In this document: one piece after another, positions 10,095 to 20,289 of the stretch
How the letters are laid out: the number at the start of each line of letters is the position of its first letter
Position numbering within the stretch: position 1 is the stretch's first letter
Assembly (NCBI GenBank): GCA_965277715.1
Contig: OZ255836.1
Coordinates: 2,016,001 to 2,080,000, forward strand
Length of the DNA stretch: 64,000 nt
Direction of reading: 5' to 3'
Origin: Gammaproteobacteria bacterium
GTDB lineage: Bacteria > Pseudomonadota > Gammaproteobacteria > JBCCGL01
The notes under the pieces: generated by a model
Told to the model about the DNA's origin: nothing
Database searches by the model: none
What the model saw: only the letters and a program-made list of their open reading frames with translations
Program-made: the position numbers and the translations under genes

Positions 10095-12607
10095 GCCCGC
10101 AACGCGGCATTGTCGGCATCAAACGGTGATTCGGCAATAACCGTAACGCGGTAGTGTTCACCCAGTATTTCAATGTCCATCTCCGTGCCCACCGTTGCCA
10201 GATCCGGGCGCACCAAACCCAGCGCCAGTGATTTATTCACCCGGAAACCATAACCCCCCGAGGTGGCACGACCAACCAACTCACCGTCTTTATAGATCGC
10301 CTCTGAACCCCGCGCATCGGCATCGTTAATACCGTGTACTTGCATTGTCGCAAACGCATAGTTAAAGCCCCGTGCCTGCCAATCGATCAAGGCCTGCTTA
10401 CCAATAAAATCACCCGCTTTATCGAGCCGCACAAAACGATCCAGTCCCGATTCCAGTGCCGCGTACTCAATCGACATTTCACACGGAATAATGCGGTAAG
10501 ATTTTTCTAACCGCAGTGAATCCATCGCGCGGATACCAAATGGCTTAATATCAAATTCTGCACCGGCTTTCATCAGCTCATCGAAAATATAATTTTGCAT
10601 TTCGATCGGGTGGTGCAGCTCCCAGCCAAGCTCGCCCACATAGTTAACCCGCAGGGCATTAGCCTGTGCAAACCCCACATTAATCGACTGCCCCGTGAGC
10701 CATTTAAAGTTGTCGTTGGACAGGTCTATATCGGTAAGCTTTTGCAGCACATCGCGGGAGCGCGGCCCCGCCAGGACCAACACACCGTACTGTGTCGTCA
10801 CTTTTTGTAAATCCACGCTGCCATCTGCCGGTTTGTATTTACACAGGTAATCCCAATCGTGACGCTCCATTGAACCGGCTGACATTAAGGTATAGCGTTG
10901 CGCGCCCGTTTTATAGATCGTGAACTCTGAACGCACGCCGCCGTTCAATGACAACATATGGCACAGACCAATGCGCCCGATGGTTTTGGGGATTTTGTTG
11001 GCAACCAGGTATTCCAACCACTGCTCCGCCCCCACACCACTGACTGTGAATTTAGAAAACGCCGACATATCCAGCAAACCCACTTTTTGGTTAACGTGCC
11101 GACACTCGTTGCCGACGTGTTCAAAATAGTTGCTGCGGCGGAAGCTGTATTTCTCGACGGGTCGATCACGCCCCTCGGGCGCAGGTGAATGGTTGTCGTT
11201 GAGCAACACGTCCGCCTGATTTAAGTAATCCGGGTTTAAACCATAGTCCAGCGGTGCAAACCAGTTGGGGCGCTCCCAACCATAGGTTTGGCCAAACACG
11301 GCGCCCAATGCCTTCATGCGGTCATAGCAGGGCGATTGTTTGAGTGGCCGCGCCGACGGGCGCTCCTCATCGGGAAAATGTGTGGTGAATACATTGCGAT
11401 ACGCTTCTTCGTTTTTCTCACGCAAATACCCGCGTGCCGCATAGGGGCCATAGCGGCGTGGATCGACCCCCATCATATCCACAGTGGGCTCACCGTCGAC
11501 AATCCACTCGGCTAACTGCCAACCCGCACCACCGGCAGCGGTAATCCCAAAACTGTGGCCTTCGCTGAGCCAGAAGTTTTTCAACCCCCAGGCCGGGCCG
11601 ACAATGGGGTTACCATCCGGGGTGTAGGCAATCGCGCCGTTGTACACTTCTTTAACCCCCACCTCACCAAAAGCGGGGACACGGTTCATGCACGCCTCGA
11701 TATGGGGCTCCAGCCGATCCAGATCCCCCTGGAAAAGTTCGTTTTCACAATCCTCTGACGGGCCGTCAACATAACAACAGGGCGCCCCTTTTTCGTAGGG
11801 GCCAAGCAATAATCCACCCGCTTCTTCACGCAGATAATAACCCGCATCCGATTCGCGCAATACGCCCTGCTCGCCTAAGCCCTGGCGGTGGCGTTCAAGA
11901 ATTTCCGGGTGTGGTTCGGTGACGATAAACTGATGCTGAACGGGGATAACAGGAATATCCAGGCCGACCATTTCCCCTGTCTTACGCGCAAAGCTGCCGG
12001 TGCAGGACACCACGTGCTCACAGGTGATATCGCCTTTGTCCGTGCGCACTAACCACTCGCCGCCTGCGGTGCGTTCGATGCCATTAACACAGGTGTAACG
12101 GTTAATTTCAGCGCCCCGGTCACGTGCGCCCTTGGCCAGTGCCTGGGTCAGGTTGGCGGGTTGAATATAGCCGTCGTCGGGGTGTTGGATGGCGCCAACC
12201 AACCCATCGATATTACACATCGGCCAGACTTCTTTGACCTGCTCTGGGGTGAGGAACTTAACATCGACACCGACCGTACCGGCAATTCCGGCATAATAGC
12301 GGTATTCATCCATGCGCTCTTGCGTGCAGGCCAGGCGTATATTCGATACCACTTTAAAGCCGACATCCACGCCCGTTTCTTCCTGTAGCGCGTGGTAAAA
12401 GTTAACCGAGTACTTGTGCAATTGCCCGACCGAGTAACTCATATTAAATAGTGGCAACAAACCCGCCGCATGCCAGGTGGAACCCGAGGTCAGTTCCCTG
12501 CGTTCAACCAGCGTGACATCAGTCCAGCCCTTTTTTGCCAAATGGTATAGCGTGCTGGCACCGACAACACCCCCACCAATCACCACCACGCGTGCGTGTG
12601 ATTTCAT
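10091..12607 (-). CDS. Dimethylglycine/sarcosine dehydrogenase-like FAD oxidoreductase with GcvT domain
   Basis: GGGVVG, GSTWHAAG covalent-FAD His, TPDGNP, C-terminal GELGWELH and SLRLEK. Confidence 0.9.
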   Translation of the reverse strand: MKSHARVVVIGGGVVGASTLYHLAKKGWTDVTLVERRELTSGSTWHAAGLLPLFNMSYSVGQLHKYSVNFYHALQEETGVDVGFKVVSNIRLACTQERMDEYRYYAGIAGTVGVDVKFLTPEQVKEVWPMCNIDGLVGAIQHPDDGYIQPANLTQALAKGARDRGAEINRYTCVNGIERTAGGEWLVRTDKGDITCEHVVSCTGSFARKTGEMVGLDIPVIPVQHQFIVTEPHPEILERHRQGLGEQGVLRESDAGYYLREEAGGLLLGPYEKGAPCCYVDGPSEDCENELFQGDLDRLEPHIEACMNRVPAFGEVGVKEVYNGAIAYTPDGNPIVGPAWGLKNFWLSEGHSFGITAAGGAGWQLAEWIVDGEPTVDMMGVDPRRYGPYAARGYLREKNEEAYRNVFTTHFPDEERPSARPLKQSPCYDRMKALGAVFGQTYGWERPNWFAPLDYGLNPDYLNQADVLLNDNHSPAPEGRDRPVEKYSFRRSNYFEHVGNECRHVNQKVGLLDMSAFSKFTVSGVGAEQWLEYLVANKIPKTIGRIGLCHMLSLNGGVRSEFTIYKTGAQRYTLMSAGSMERHDWDYLCKYKPADGSVDLQKVTTQYGVLVLAGPRSRDVLQKLTDIDLSNDNFKWLTGQSINVGFAQANALRVNYVGELGWELHHPIEMQNYIFDELMKAGAEFDIKPFGIRAMDSLRLEKSYRIIPCEMSIEYAALESGLDRFVRLDKAGDFIGKQALIDWQARGFNYAFATMQVHGINDADARGSEAIYKDGELVGRATSGGYGFRVNKSLALGLVRPDLATVGTEMDIEILGEHYRVTVIAESPFDADNAALRA

Positions 12608-12856
12608 CTATTACCCCTTACCGTATTTCGACATAAGCTATGACGGCGAGTCTATTGCCGCCCCTGCCGCAATACGCGCCCGTATGCGACAGCAGACTAC
12701 CCGTCTGCGCCACTCCTATGCGCGACTAAAAATGCCCCTCGTAAAAATCACTTGGCGCCAGCAGCTAATCACGCGTCGTAGACGGATACGATGGCACCCA
12801 GCGTATCGCCGATACTGCGATATTTACATTGGCGACATTCGACGGAGACACCCCCC

Positions 12857-14392
12857 ATGTCTGAGAAAAAACGTCGCGGCGGCGGACGTTCGGCACGTCA
12901 GCAGGCACGCGCAACCAATACGACACCCGTCGCCCCTTACATCAACCGTAACATCCCCTATTTTGAACTCCTCAACGAGGAGCAGTTGGCGCTCATTGAG
13001 CACAACGCAGAAACAGTGCTCGAAGAAGTGGGCATTGAGTTTCGCGATGACCAGGCAGCGCTAAATATGCTGCGCGAGGCAGGCGCCGATGTACAGGGAG
13101 AACGCGTGCATTTCCCACGCGGTATGTGCCGCAAAATAATCCAGGACAACGCCCCTGCAGAATACACCCAACACGCACGCAACCCCGATAAAAGCATCAT
13201 TATCGGCGGTAAGCGCACCGTACTGGTGCCCGCTTACGGTTCACCTTTTATCCGCAACCTCGATGAGGGCCGCCGCTACGCCACCATTGAGGACTTTCGC
13301 AATTTCGTCAAGCTGGCCTATATGGCACCCGGCATGCACCACTCTGGCGGCACCGTGTGCGAGCCTGTTGACCTGCCTGTCAACAAACGCCATTTTGATA
13401 TGATCTACTCGCACATAAAATACAGCGACAAGCCGTTTATGGGATCAGTCACCGCGCCACAACGCGCACAAGACACTATCAATATGGCGGGGTTGGTGTT
13501 TGGTGAAGACTTCGTAAAAGACAACACCGTCACCACCAGTCTGATCAACGCCAACTCACCCATGACGTTTGACGACACCATGCTCGGCGCAGCGCGGGTG
13601 TACGCACAAAACAACCAGGCGACGGTGGTCTCGCCGTTTATCCTCGCCGGGGCAATGTCCCCCGTTACTGTGGTGGCGACACTCACGCAAATTCTCGCCG
13701 AGGCGATGGCCGGGATGACGTTTGTGCAATTGGTGCGCGCCGGTGCCCCCGTCATATTTGGCACCTTTGCCAGCTCCATCTCCATGCAATCGGGGGCGCC
13801 GACATTTGGTTCACCAGAACCTTCACTGGTGCTATACGGTGCGGCACAACTGGCGCGGCGACTGGGCGTGCCCTTTCGTTCAGGGGGCGGGCTGTGTGGC
13901 TCTAAAATTGCCGATGCACAGGCGGCGTACGAATCGGCCAATACGCTGCAAACCGCCGCGCTGGCTGGAGTCAATTTTATGCTGCACACCGCAGGTTGGC
14001 TGGAGGGCGGCCTGGCGATGGGTTACGAGAAATTTGTCATGGACTGCGACCAGGCCAGCATGATAGTACGGTTGCTGCAAGGGGCTGACTTTTCAGAGAC
14101 CGGGCAAGGCATGAGCGCCATTCGCGAAGTGGGGCCGGGGCAACACTTCCTCGGCTGTCAACACACCCAGGACAACTTTGAAACGGCGTTCTATCGGTCC
14201 ACCATTGGCGACAACAACAGTTTTGAACAGTGGGAATCTGACGGCAGCCTGGATGCCAACCAACGCGCCAATAAATTGTGGAAAAAGTGGCTGGAAGAAT
14301 ACCAGGCACCGCCGTTGGACCCCGCCATCGACGAGGCATTGATCGACTATATGCAACGGCGTAAAGGGGAGTTTGCTGATTCAAACGTATAG
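12857..14392 (+). CDS. Non-pyrrolysine MttB-family (trimethylamine/glycine-betaine) methyltransferase
   Basis: RRGGGR.AR N-terminus, GGTVCEPVD, INANSP, GAPTFG.PE and HTAGWLEGGL; no internal amber codon. Confidence 0.9.
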   Translation: MSEKKRRGGGRSARQQARATNTTPVAPYINRNIPYFELLNEEQLALIEHNAETVLEEVGIEFRDDQAALNMLREAGADVQGERVHFPRGMCRKIIQDNAPAEYTQHARNPDKSIIIGGKRTVLVPAYGSPFIRNLDEGRRYATIEDFRNFVKLAYMAPGMHHSGGTVCEPVDLPVNKRHFDMIYSHIKYSDKPFMGSVTAPQRAQDTINMAGLVFGEDFVKDNTVTTSLINANSPMTFDDTMLGAARVYAQNNQATVVSPFILAGAMSPVTVVATLTQILAEAMAGMTFVQLVRAGAPVIFGTFASSISMQSGAPTFGSPEPSLVLYGAAQLARRLGVPFRSGGGLCGSKIADAQAAYESANTLQTAALAGVNFMLHTAGWLEGGLAMGYEKFVMDCDQASMIVRLLQGADFSETGQGMSAIREVGPGQHFLGCQHTQDNFETAFYRSTIGDNNSFEQWESDGSLDANQRANKLWKKWLEEYQAPPLDPAIDEALIDYMQRRKGEFADSNV

Positions 14393-14449
14393 TTTTTCAG
14401 TAAGGATCAGGTAAACTTGCCCGCACGTTAATACGGGCAACGACACCCC

Positions 14450-15136
14450 ATGCACTACGCCGTTCCAGCCACACAACGCACCACCCTTCCTGTTATCAAC
14501 CACGATGCCGTATTTCCAGTGCGGCGGATTTATTGCGTTGGCAGAAACTACGCCGAGCACACCCGCGAGATGGGCGGCAGCCCGGAACGCACCCCGCCCT
14601 GTTTTTTCACCAAACCAGCCGATGCAATCGTCGCCGATGGCGCCATCATCGACTATCCCCAGGCAACCAACAACCTGCACTACGAAGTGGAAATGGTACT
14701 TGCTATCGGTGAAGGTGGAAAAGATCTAAGCAAACGTACGGCTATTAACCACGTTTACGGTTACGCCGTTGGCGTCGACCTCACCCGTCGCGATTTGCAA
14801 AAAGCCGCCAAAGACCAGCGTACACCGTGGGACAGTGGCAAAGCCTTCGACAACTCGGCGCCCTGTTCAGCCATTATGCCAGCGAGTGAAATCGGCCACC
14901 CCGATGACGCCGCCATTTGGCTAAATGTCAATGGTGTAAGCAAACAGTCATCCAACACTGCCGCCATGATCTGGTCTAATGCCGAAATAGTGGCGGTGTT
15001 GTCGACACTATTTGAACTGCGGCCAGGGGATTTAATTTTTACCGGCACGCCAGAAGGTGTCGGCGCCATTGTCAGTGGGGATAGGTTGGAAGCGGGTATT
15101 GATGGTGTGGGTACATTGGCATTGTCTATTCGATAA
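14450..15136 (+). CDS. Fumarylacetoacetate hydrolase family protein
   Basis: RIYCVGRNYAEH, HYEVE, DLTRRDLQ and TGTPEGVG motifs. Confidence 0.92.
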   Translation: MHYAVPATQRTTLPVINHDAVFPVRRIYCVGRNYAEHTREMGGSPERTPPCFFTKPADAIVADGAIIDYPQATNNLHYEVEMVLAIGEGGKDLSKRTAINHVYGYAVGVDLTRRDLQKAAKDQRTPWDSGKAFDNSAPCSAIMPASEIGHPDDAAIWLNVNGVSKQSSNTAAMIWSNAEIVAVLSTLFELRPGDLIFTGTPEGVGAIVSGDRLEAGIDGVGTLALSIR

Positions 15137-15147
15137 TTTATCTATTG

Positions 15148-15612
15148 TTAGAAAACCCCGCACTCAAAATACCCAACGCCATCGATCTCTCTTTCGAGCG
15201 CAAAACCAACGCGTTCAAACGACCGGCGGCTTGCTGTATTCAACATTTTGATTTCTGCTTTTACCCGTTTAATGGATGGATTTTTTTCTCTAAGGTAAGT
15301 CAACGCCGCCTCTAAACAAAGCGTCGCAAGCCCATTGCCACGCATTAGTGGTGCAAGGTTGATTGAAATCACCGCAGCATCACTTTCCAGGTCGAACCGA
15401 ACAACGCCAATTTTTTCGCCACCTTTTGCAACATAACAGAGGAGCAAAAACCTGTTTGGGTTAGAAAGGGAGGACACAAACCACTTTGCGTGCTCTTCCC
15501 ATTCAATTTTGTCCATGGTATGCGACATCTGCCTTGTAAGTTCGTCATTCCGCCACGCAAAGATATCTTTACTATCACCACTGTCTGCCAACCTAATAGA
15601 TATAGACGACAT
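15148..15612 (-). CDS. GNAT N-acetyltransferase (PseH/RimJ-like)
   Basis: WRND..TR..S, GVVRFD, RGNGLA and N.AS.R.FE..GF motifs. Confidence 0.8.
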   Translation of the reverse strand: MSSISIRLADSGDSKDIFAWRNDELTRQMSHTMDKIEWEEHAKWFVSSLSNPNRFLLLCYVAKGGEKIGVVRFDLESDAAVISINLAPLMRGNGLATLCLEAALTYLREKNPSIKRVKAEIKMLNTASRRSFERVGFALEREIDGVGYFECGVF

Positions 15613-15680
15613 AAAACGCTCCCAATTTTGAATTGACTCATAACACTTCACTCATACCATTAAGAGCACTCTCTAAAACC

Positions 15681-15713
15681 TTACCCATTATTTACCCATT
15701 ATTTACATATTAC
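15681..15713. repeat. 11-bp tandem repeat TTACCCATTAT x2 plus a degenerate third copy
   Basis: Copies at 15681-15691 and 15692-15702; TTACATATTAC at 15703 overlaps the icmF stop. Confidence 0.7.
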
Positions 15714-18700
15714 GACGGTATTTCCCCCCCACCTCAAACAACGCATTAGTCAATTGTCCCAATGAACAATACTGCACAGCCGACACTAGCTCGGCAAATA
15801 CATTATCACCCGCCATAGCAGTCCTTTTGACACTGGCAATTGCCTCTACAGCCTGCTCTTTATGGCGCTGCTGAAAATCGCGTAAACGTTTAAGCTGGCG
15901 TTGTTTTTCTGCCTCTGTTGAACGCGCCAGCTCTACTTCCGGCACTTGATCACCGTGTGGGTTAACAAAGGTATTAACACCGACAAGAGGCAATGAACCA
16001 TCATGCTTTTTATGTTCATACAACATCGATTCATCCTGAATTTTCCCGCGCTGGTAACCCGTCTCCATAGCACCCAGCACACCACCGCGCTCAGAGATGC
16101 GCTCAAACTCACGCAATACCGCTTCTTCGACTAACTCAGTTAACTCCTCAATAATAAAAGCACCCTGGTTAGCATTTTCGTTAATCGCCAGCCCCCACTC
16201 GCGGTTAATAATTAATTGGATCGCCATCGCCCGCCGTACCGATTCCTCTGTCGGGGTGGTAACCGCTTCATCGAATGCGTTAGTGTGCAGGCTGTTGCAG
16301 TTGTCGTAAACCGCAATCAGCGCCTGGAGGGTAGTGCGTATATCGTTGAAATCCATCTCCTGCGCATGCAGCGAACGACCGGATGTCTGGATGTGGTATT
16401 TGAGTTTTTGACTGCGGGCATTGGCGCCGTAACGATCGCGCATGGCAACCGCCCAAATGCGGCGGGCCACCCGCCCCATCACGGTGTATTCCGGGTCCAT
16501 GCCATTGCTGAAAAAGAATGACAGATTACCGGCAAAATCGTCGATATGCATACCGCGCTCAAGGTACGATTCGACGTAGGTAAACCCGTTTGCAAGGGTA
16601 AAAGCCAACTGAGAAATAGGGTTGGCGCCCGCCTCGGCGATATGGTAGCCGGAGATCGATACCGAGTAAAAATTGCGCACACGGTGTTCGACAAAATACG
16701 CCTGAATGTCCCCCATCAGTTTTAAGCTGAATTCGGTCGAAAAAAGACAGGTATTTTGCCCCTGGTCCTCCTTAAGAATATCGGCCTGAACGGTGCCACG
16801 CACATTTTGCAGTGTCCAGCGGCGAATAGTCTGCGTCTCCTCATCCGTTGGCGCACGCTGGTTTTCGTGTTGAAATTTTGCTATTTGTTGCTGAAAAGCA
16901 CTGTCAAAAAAGAACGCCAGAATAATCGGTGCCGGACCGTTGATGGTCATGGACACCGATGTCGTCGGGTCGCACAAATCAAAGCCATCGTAGAGCACCT
17001 GCATATCTTCGGTACTACAAATTGAGACACCCGCATTGCCAACTTTACCGTAGATATCCGGGCGCTCGTCGGGATCCTGGCCATAAAGTGTCACCGAATC
17101 GAAAGCGGTGGACAGGCGTTTTGCCGGTGCATGTTCGGACAGTTGTTTAAAACGTTTGTTGGTGCGAAACGCATCACCTTCACCGGCAAACATCCGCGTT
17201 GGGTCTTCGTTATCCCGCTTGAACGGAAATACACCCGCCGTAAACGGAAAGTGCCCTGGCAGGTTTTCCAGCATCAGCCATTTGAGTAATTCCCCCTGGT
17301 CGACAAACTGGGGCGTACACACCCTGGGAACGGGTGTACCCGATAGGGTTTCACGGAACAGGTTTGTGTGTATTTCACGGTCCCGGATGGTGCTGACAAA
17401 TATCTCTGCCTGGTAGCGGGACTGTATTTCCGGCCATTGTGACAGCAACTGTTTCACGCCACTGTGTAACTGCTGCTCACGCACCGCCAACAACGCGGTG
17501 ATGTCGCTGTTTTCAGCATTACCCGCTGCCCGCAACATTGCCTGGGTTTCCATGAGTTGCTGGCGCTGGCGGGCACAATGCGACTGACGCTGTACAGTGG
17601 CTTTATAAGTGCGCACAGTATCGCCAATTTCAGCGAGGTAACGGGCGCGATTGGCCGGGATAATCGATACAGCGCCGGTCGATATACGGGTATCGACACG
17701 TTCGAGATGTCCCCCATCAACAACCAGGCCTTTTTCCCGAACACATTTCAATAACGCCTGGTATAGGGCCGTGGTGCCATCGTCGTTAAATCGTGCGGCT
17801 ATGGTGCCAAACACGGGCATGTTTTCGACGCTTTCGGCAAATGCCTCGCGGTTGCGCTGCACCTGTTTGCGCACATCGCGAATCGCATCGGCGGCCCCTT
17901 TGCGGTCGCATTTATTGATGGCGATAACATCGGCGTAGTCGAGCATATCAATCTTTTCGAGTTGCGATGCCGCGCCAAACTCCGGTGTCATAACGTATAG
18001 CGACAAATCGCAATACGGCACGATGCCCGCATCGCCCTGGCCAATGCCGGGGGTTTCTACAATAATTACGTCAAACCCTGCACAGCGGCTTGCAGCAATA
18101 ATATCGGCTATTTCTGTGGGCACTTCGCCCTGGGTGTTGCGTGTGGCGATTGAACGCATGTAGATATTCTGATGATCGATGGCATTCATGCGGATACGGT
18201 CACCGAGCAGTGAACCACCCGTTTTGCGTCGGGTTGGGTCAATGGCGATGACGGCAATGCGCAAATGATCAGCATGATCGATACGAAAGCGACGGATCAC
18301 CTCATCGGTTATCGACGATTTTCCAGAGCCCCCCGTACCCGTAATACCCAATACGGGTACACGCAACGCTTTGGCCCCGGCCAGTTGGTGCAGGTTCTGC
18401 CTATAGCTTTTATTGCAGACACCATTTTCAAGATCACTGATCGTGCGCGATAATGCGCGCCAGTCGTTTTCAAGCCCGCCGGGCACCACCGTGGTGGTTG
18501 CGTTTGCCGGGTGTTCAGCCATTTGCCTGGCACGGCTGAGCATATCGGCGATCATGCCTTGTAAGCCAAGCGTCTGGCCGTCAGCCGGTGAATAGATACG
18601 CGTTACGCCGTAGTGGTGCAGTTCATCGATTTCGCGGGCGACAATAACGCCGCCGCCGCCGCCAAAAACGGCAATATTTTCACCGCCCTGCGCACGCAGC

Positions 18701-18969
18701 TTATCCAGCATATATTTGAAATACTCGACGTGCCCGCCCTGGTAAGAGCTGACGGCAATGCCATCGGCGTCCTCGTGCAGTGCGGCGGTGACAATTTCAT
18801 CGACCGAGCGATTGTGCCCCAAGTGGATAACTTCAACCCCTGACGCCTGTAAGATCCGCCGCATGATATTGATTGAAGCGTCGTGACCATCAAATAAACT
18901 GGCGGCGGTAACAAAGCGCAAGGGTCGATTGGTTTGGGTGACAGGGAGATTGGCAGCCGGCGTGGACAT
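15703..18969 (-). CDS. icmF: Fused isobutyryl-CoA mutase/GTPase chaperone
   Basis: N-terminal B12 domain DGHDAS, GTGGSGKSS P-loop, and mutase barrel with RMFAGEG (Phe where MCM has Tyr). Confidence 0.95.
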   Translation of the reverse strand: MSTPAANLPVTQTNRPLRFVTAASLFDGHDASINIMRRILQASGVEVIHLGHNRSVDEIVTAALHEDADGIAVSSYQGGHVEYFKYMLDKLRAQGGENIAVFGGGGGVIVAREIDELHHYGVTRIYSPADGQTLGLQGMIADMLSRARQMAEHPANATTTVVPGGLENDWRALSRTISDLENGVCNKSYRQNLHQLAGAKALRVPVLGITGTGGSGKSSITDEVIRRFRIDHADHLRIAVIAIDPTRRKTGGSLLGDRIRMNAIDHQNIYMRSIATRNTQGEVPTEIADIIAASRCAGFDVIIVETPGIGQGDAGIVPYCDLSLYVMTPEFGAASQLEKIDMLDYADVIAINKCDRKGAADAIRDVRKQVQRNREAFAESVENMPVFGTIAARFNDDGTTALYQALLKCVREKGLVVDGGHLERVDTRISTGAVSIIPANRARYLAEIGDTVRTYKATVQRQSHCARQRQQLMETQAMLRAAGNAENSDITALLAVREQQLHSGVKQLLSQWPEIQSRYQAEIFVSTIRDREIHTNLFRETLSGTPVPRVCTPQFVDQGELLKWLMLENLPGHFPFTAGVFPFKRDNEDPTRMFAGEGDAFRTNKRFKQLSEHAPAKRLSTAFDSVTLYGQDPDERPDIYGKVGNAGVSICSTEDMQVLYDGFDLCDPTTSVSMTINGPAPIILAFFFDSAFQQQIAKFQHENQRAPTDEETQTIRRWTLQNVRGTVQADILKEDQGQNTCLFSTEFSLKLMGDIQAYFVEHRVRNFYSVSISGYHIAEAGANPISQLAFTLANGFTYVESYLERGMHIDDFAGNLSFFFSNGMDPEYTVMGRVARRIWAVAMRDRYGANARSQKLKYHIQTSGRSLHAQEMDFNDIRTTLQALIAVYDNCNSLHTNAFDEAVTTPTEESVRRAMAIQLIINREWGLAINENANQGAFIIEELTELVEEAVLREFERISERGGVLGAMETGYQRGKIQDESMLYEHKKHDGSLPLVGVNTFVNPHGDQVPEVELARSTEAEKQRQLKRLRDFQQRHKEQAVEAIASVKRTAMAGDNVFAELVSAVQYCSLGQLTNALFEVGGKYRRNM

Positions 18970-19025
18970 ACAATACATCCTTCTAATGGGGTAGCGCCCA
19001 GGCGGGCAGATACCAGCACATTCTA

Positions 19026-19047
19026 TTTACCTTTACGTAAACGTCAA
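19026..19047. promoter_or_regulatory. LiuR-type operator (two overlapping boxes)
   Basis: TTTACCTTTACGTAAA (19026-19041) and TTTACGTAAACGTCAA (19032-19047) each differ at one position from TTTACGTwwACGTAAA. Confidence 0.75.
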
Positions 19048-19128
19048 TAGAAGGTATTTTGCACGTTTTAACCCACAGTATCGTCATAAGCCTCAACGCT
19101 TAGAAAACGTCTATCGCATCTGCTATCC

Positions 19129-19524
19129 ATGTCAGCTACCTTTACTATTTCTGCTTTGGCGACAGAGTTTAATGTCACCACACGCACCATCCGCTTCTAT
19201 GAAGACAAAGGGCTATTGGCACCGACACGCAATGGCCGCAACCGGGTCTACTCGAAGCGGGATCGCACCCGGCTCAAATTGGTTTTACGCGGTAAACGAC
19301 TGGGCTTTAGCCTCGATGAAACCCGCGAGATTATTGATTTATACGATGGCCAGGCCAGCGGTGAGCGCCAGCAATTGTTGTTGATGTGCGACAAAATTCG
19401 CGATAGCCGGGCGTTATTGACCCAACAACTGAAAGATATTGAACGATCACTCAACGAAATGGAGCGCATTGAGGCGAATTGCACACGTCAACTGGCCACG
19501 CTGAATTCGACGGGTTCAACCTGA
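19129..19524 (+). CDS. liuR: MerR-family regulator (LiuR-like)
   Basis: TISALA.EF.VTTRTIRFYEDKGLL.P.R.GR.R and LKLVLRGKRLGFSL. Confidence 0.8.
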   Translation: MSATFTISALATEFNVTTRTIRFYEDKGLLAPTRNGRNRVYSKRDRTRLKLVLRGKRLGFSLDETREIIDLYDGQASGERQQLLLMCDKIRDSRALLTQQLKDIERSLNEMERIEANCTRQLATLNSTGST

Positions 19525-20289
19525 GTCTACTGACGCGGAATTACCCAATGCCAGGCGCTGCCGGGTGATTTCATAAAGGCATATCCCACAGGCCACCGAG
19601 ACATTAAAGCTGCCGACCTCACCACACATCGGAATCGAGACAATATGATCGCAGGCTTTGCGTGTCAGGCTGCGTATCCCTTTACCTTCTGAACCCATCA
19701 CCAATACACTGGGGGGTGTAAAATCCGCCTTGTCCAGCGCTACCCCGTCCTCCCCCGCCGTACCAAAAACCCATAAACCCGCCTGTTTTAAGGTTCCGAG
19801 CACCCGGACTAAATTGGTTACCCTGATAAACGGTATTCTCTCTGCCGCACCACTGGCCACTTTGCACACCACAGGGGTAATATCGCAGGCACGGTCTTTC
19901 GGGGCGATCACCATATCGACCCCCATCGCCTCGGCTGTACGTAAACAGGCTCCCAGATTATGTGGGTCCTGCACGCCATCCAGTGCCAGAATAAGCGGTG
20001 TCCCCCTACACGCTTTAAGGCGTTTCTCCAGGTCAGATTCCTGATAACGTGGGGAGTCAATAATTTTCAGCACCACGCCCTGATGGTTAGCGTTATCGCA
20101 CAACGCATCCAGTATGCTTTTTTTTGCCTGAACAGTGCGCAACCCAAAATCATTGGCATCCGCGCAAATTTCCTCAATTTTGGTGTTACGTTGACCCGCC
20201 AATACGATCAACTCAATCGCGTGCTCTGGCTTTTTATGCAGGGCTGCCTGTACAGCGTGAATACCAAATACACAATGTTGTTCAGCCAT
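19516..20289 (-). CDS. rlmB: 23S rRNA Gm2251 methyltransferase
   Basis: FGIHAV, HQGV, DPHNLGACLR, GSEGKG and SFNVSVA motifs. Confidence 0.95.
   Translation of the reverse strand: MAEQHCVFGIHAVQAALHKKPEHAIELIVLAGQRNTKIEEICADANDFGLRTVQAKKSILDALCDNANHQGVVLKIIDSPRYQESDLEKRLKACRGTPLILALDGVQDPHNLGACLRTAEAMGVDMVIAPKDRACDITPVVCKVASGAAERIPFIRVTNLVRVLGTLKQAGLWVFGTAGEDGVALDKADFTPPSVLVMGSEGKGIRSLTRKACDHIVSIPMCGEVGSFNVSVACGICLYEITRQRLALGNSASVDSG

Noticed and set aside
12477-13064. 195-aa + strand ORF
   Set aside because: Overlaps two well-supported genes and has no motifs.
12857-14392. Pyrrolysine recoding in MttB
   Set aside because: The ORF is uninterrupted, has no in-frame TAG, and no pyl genes are present in the window.
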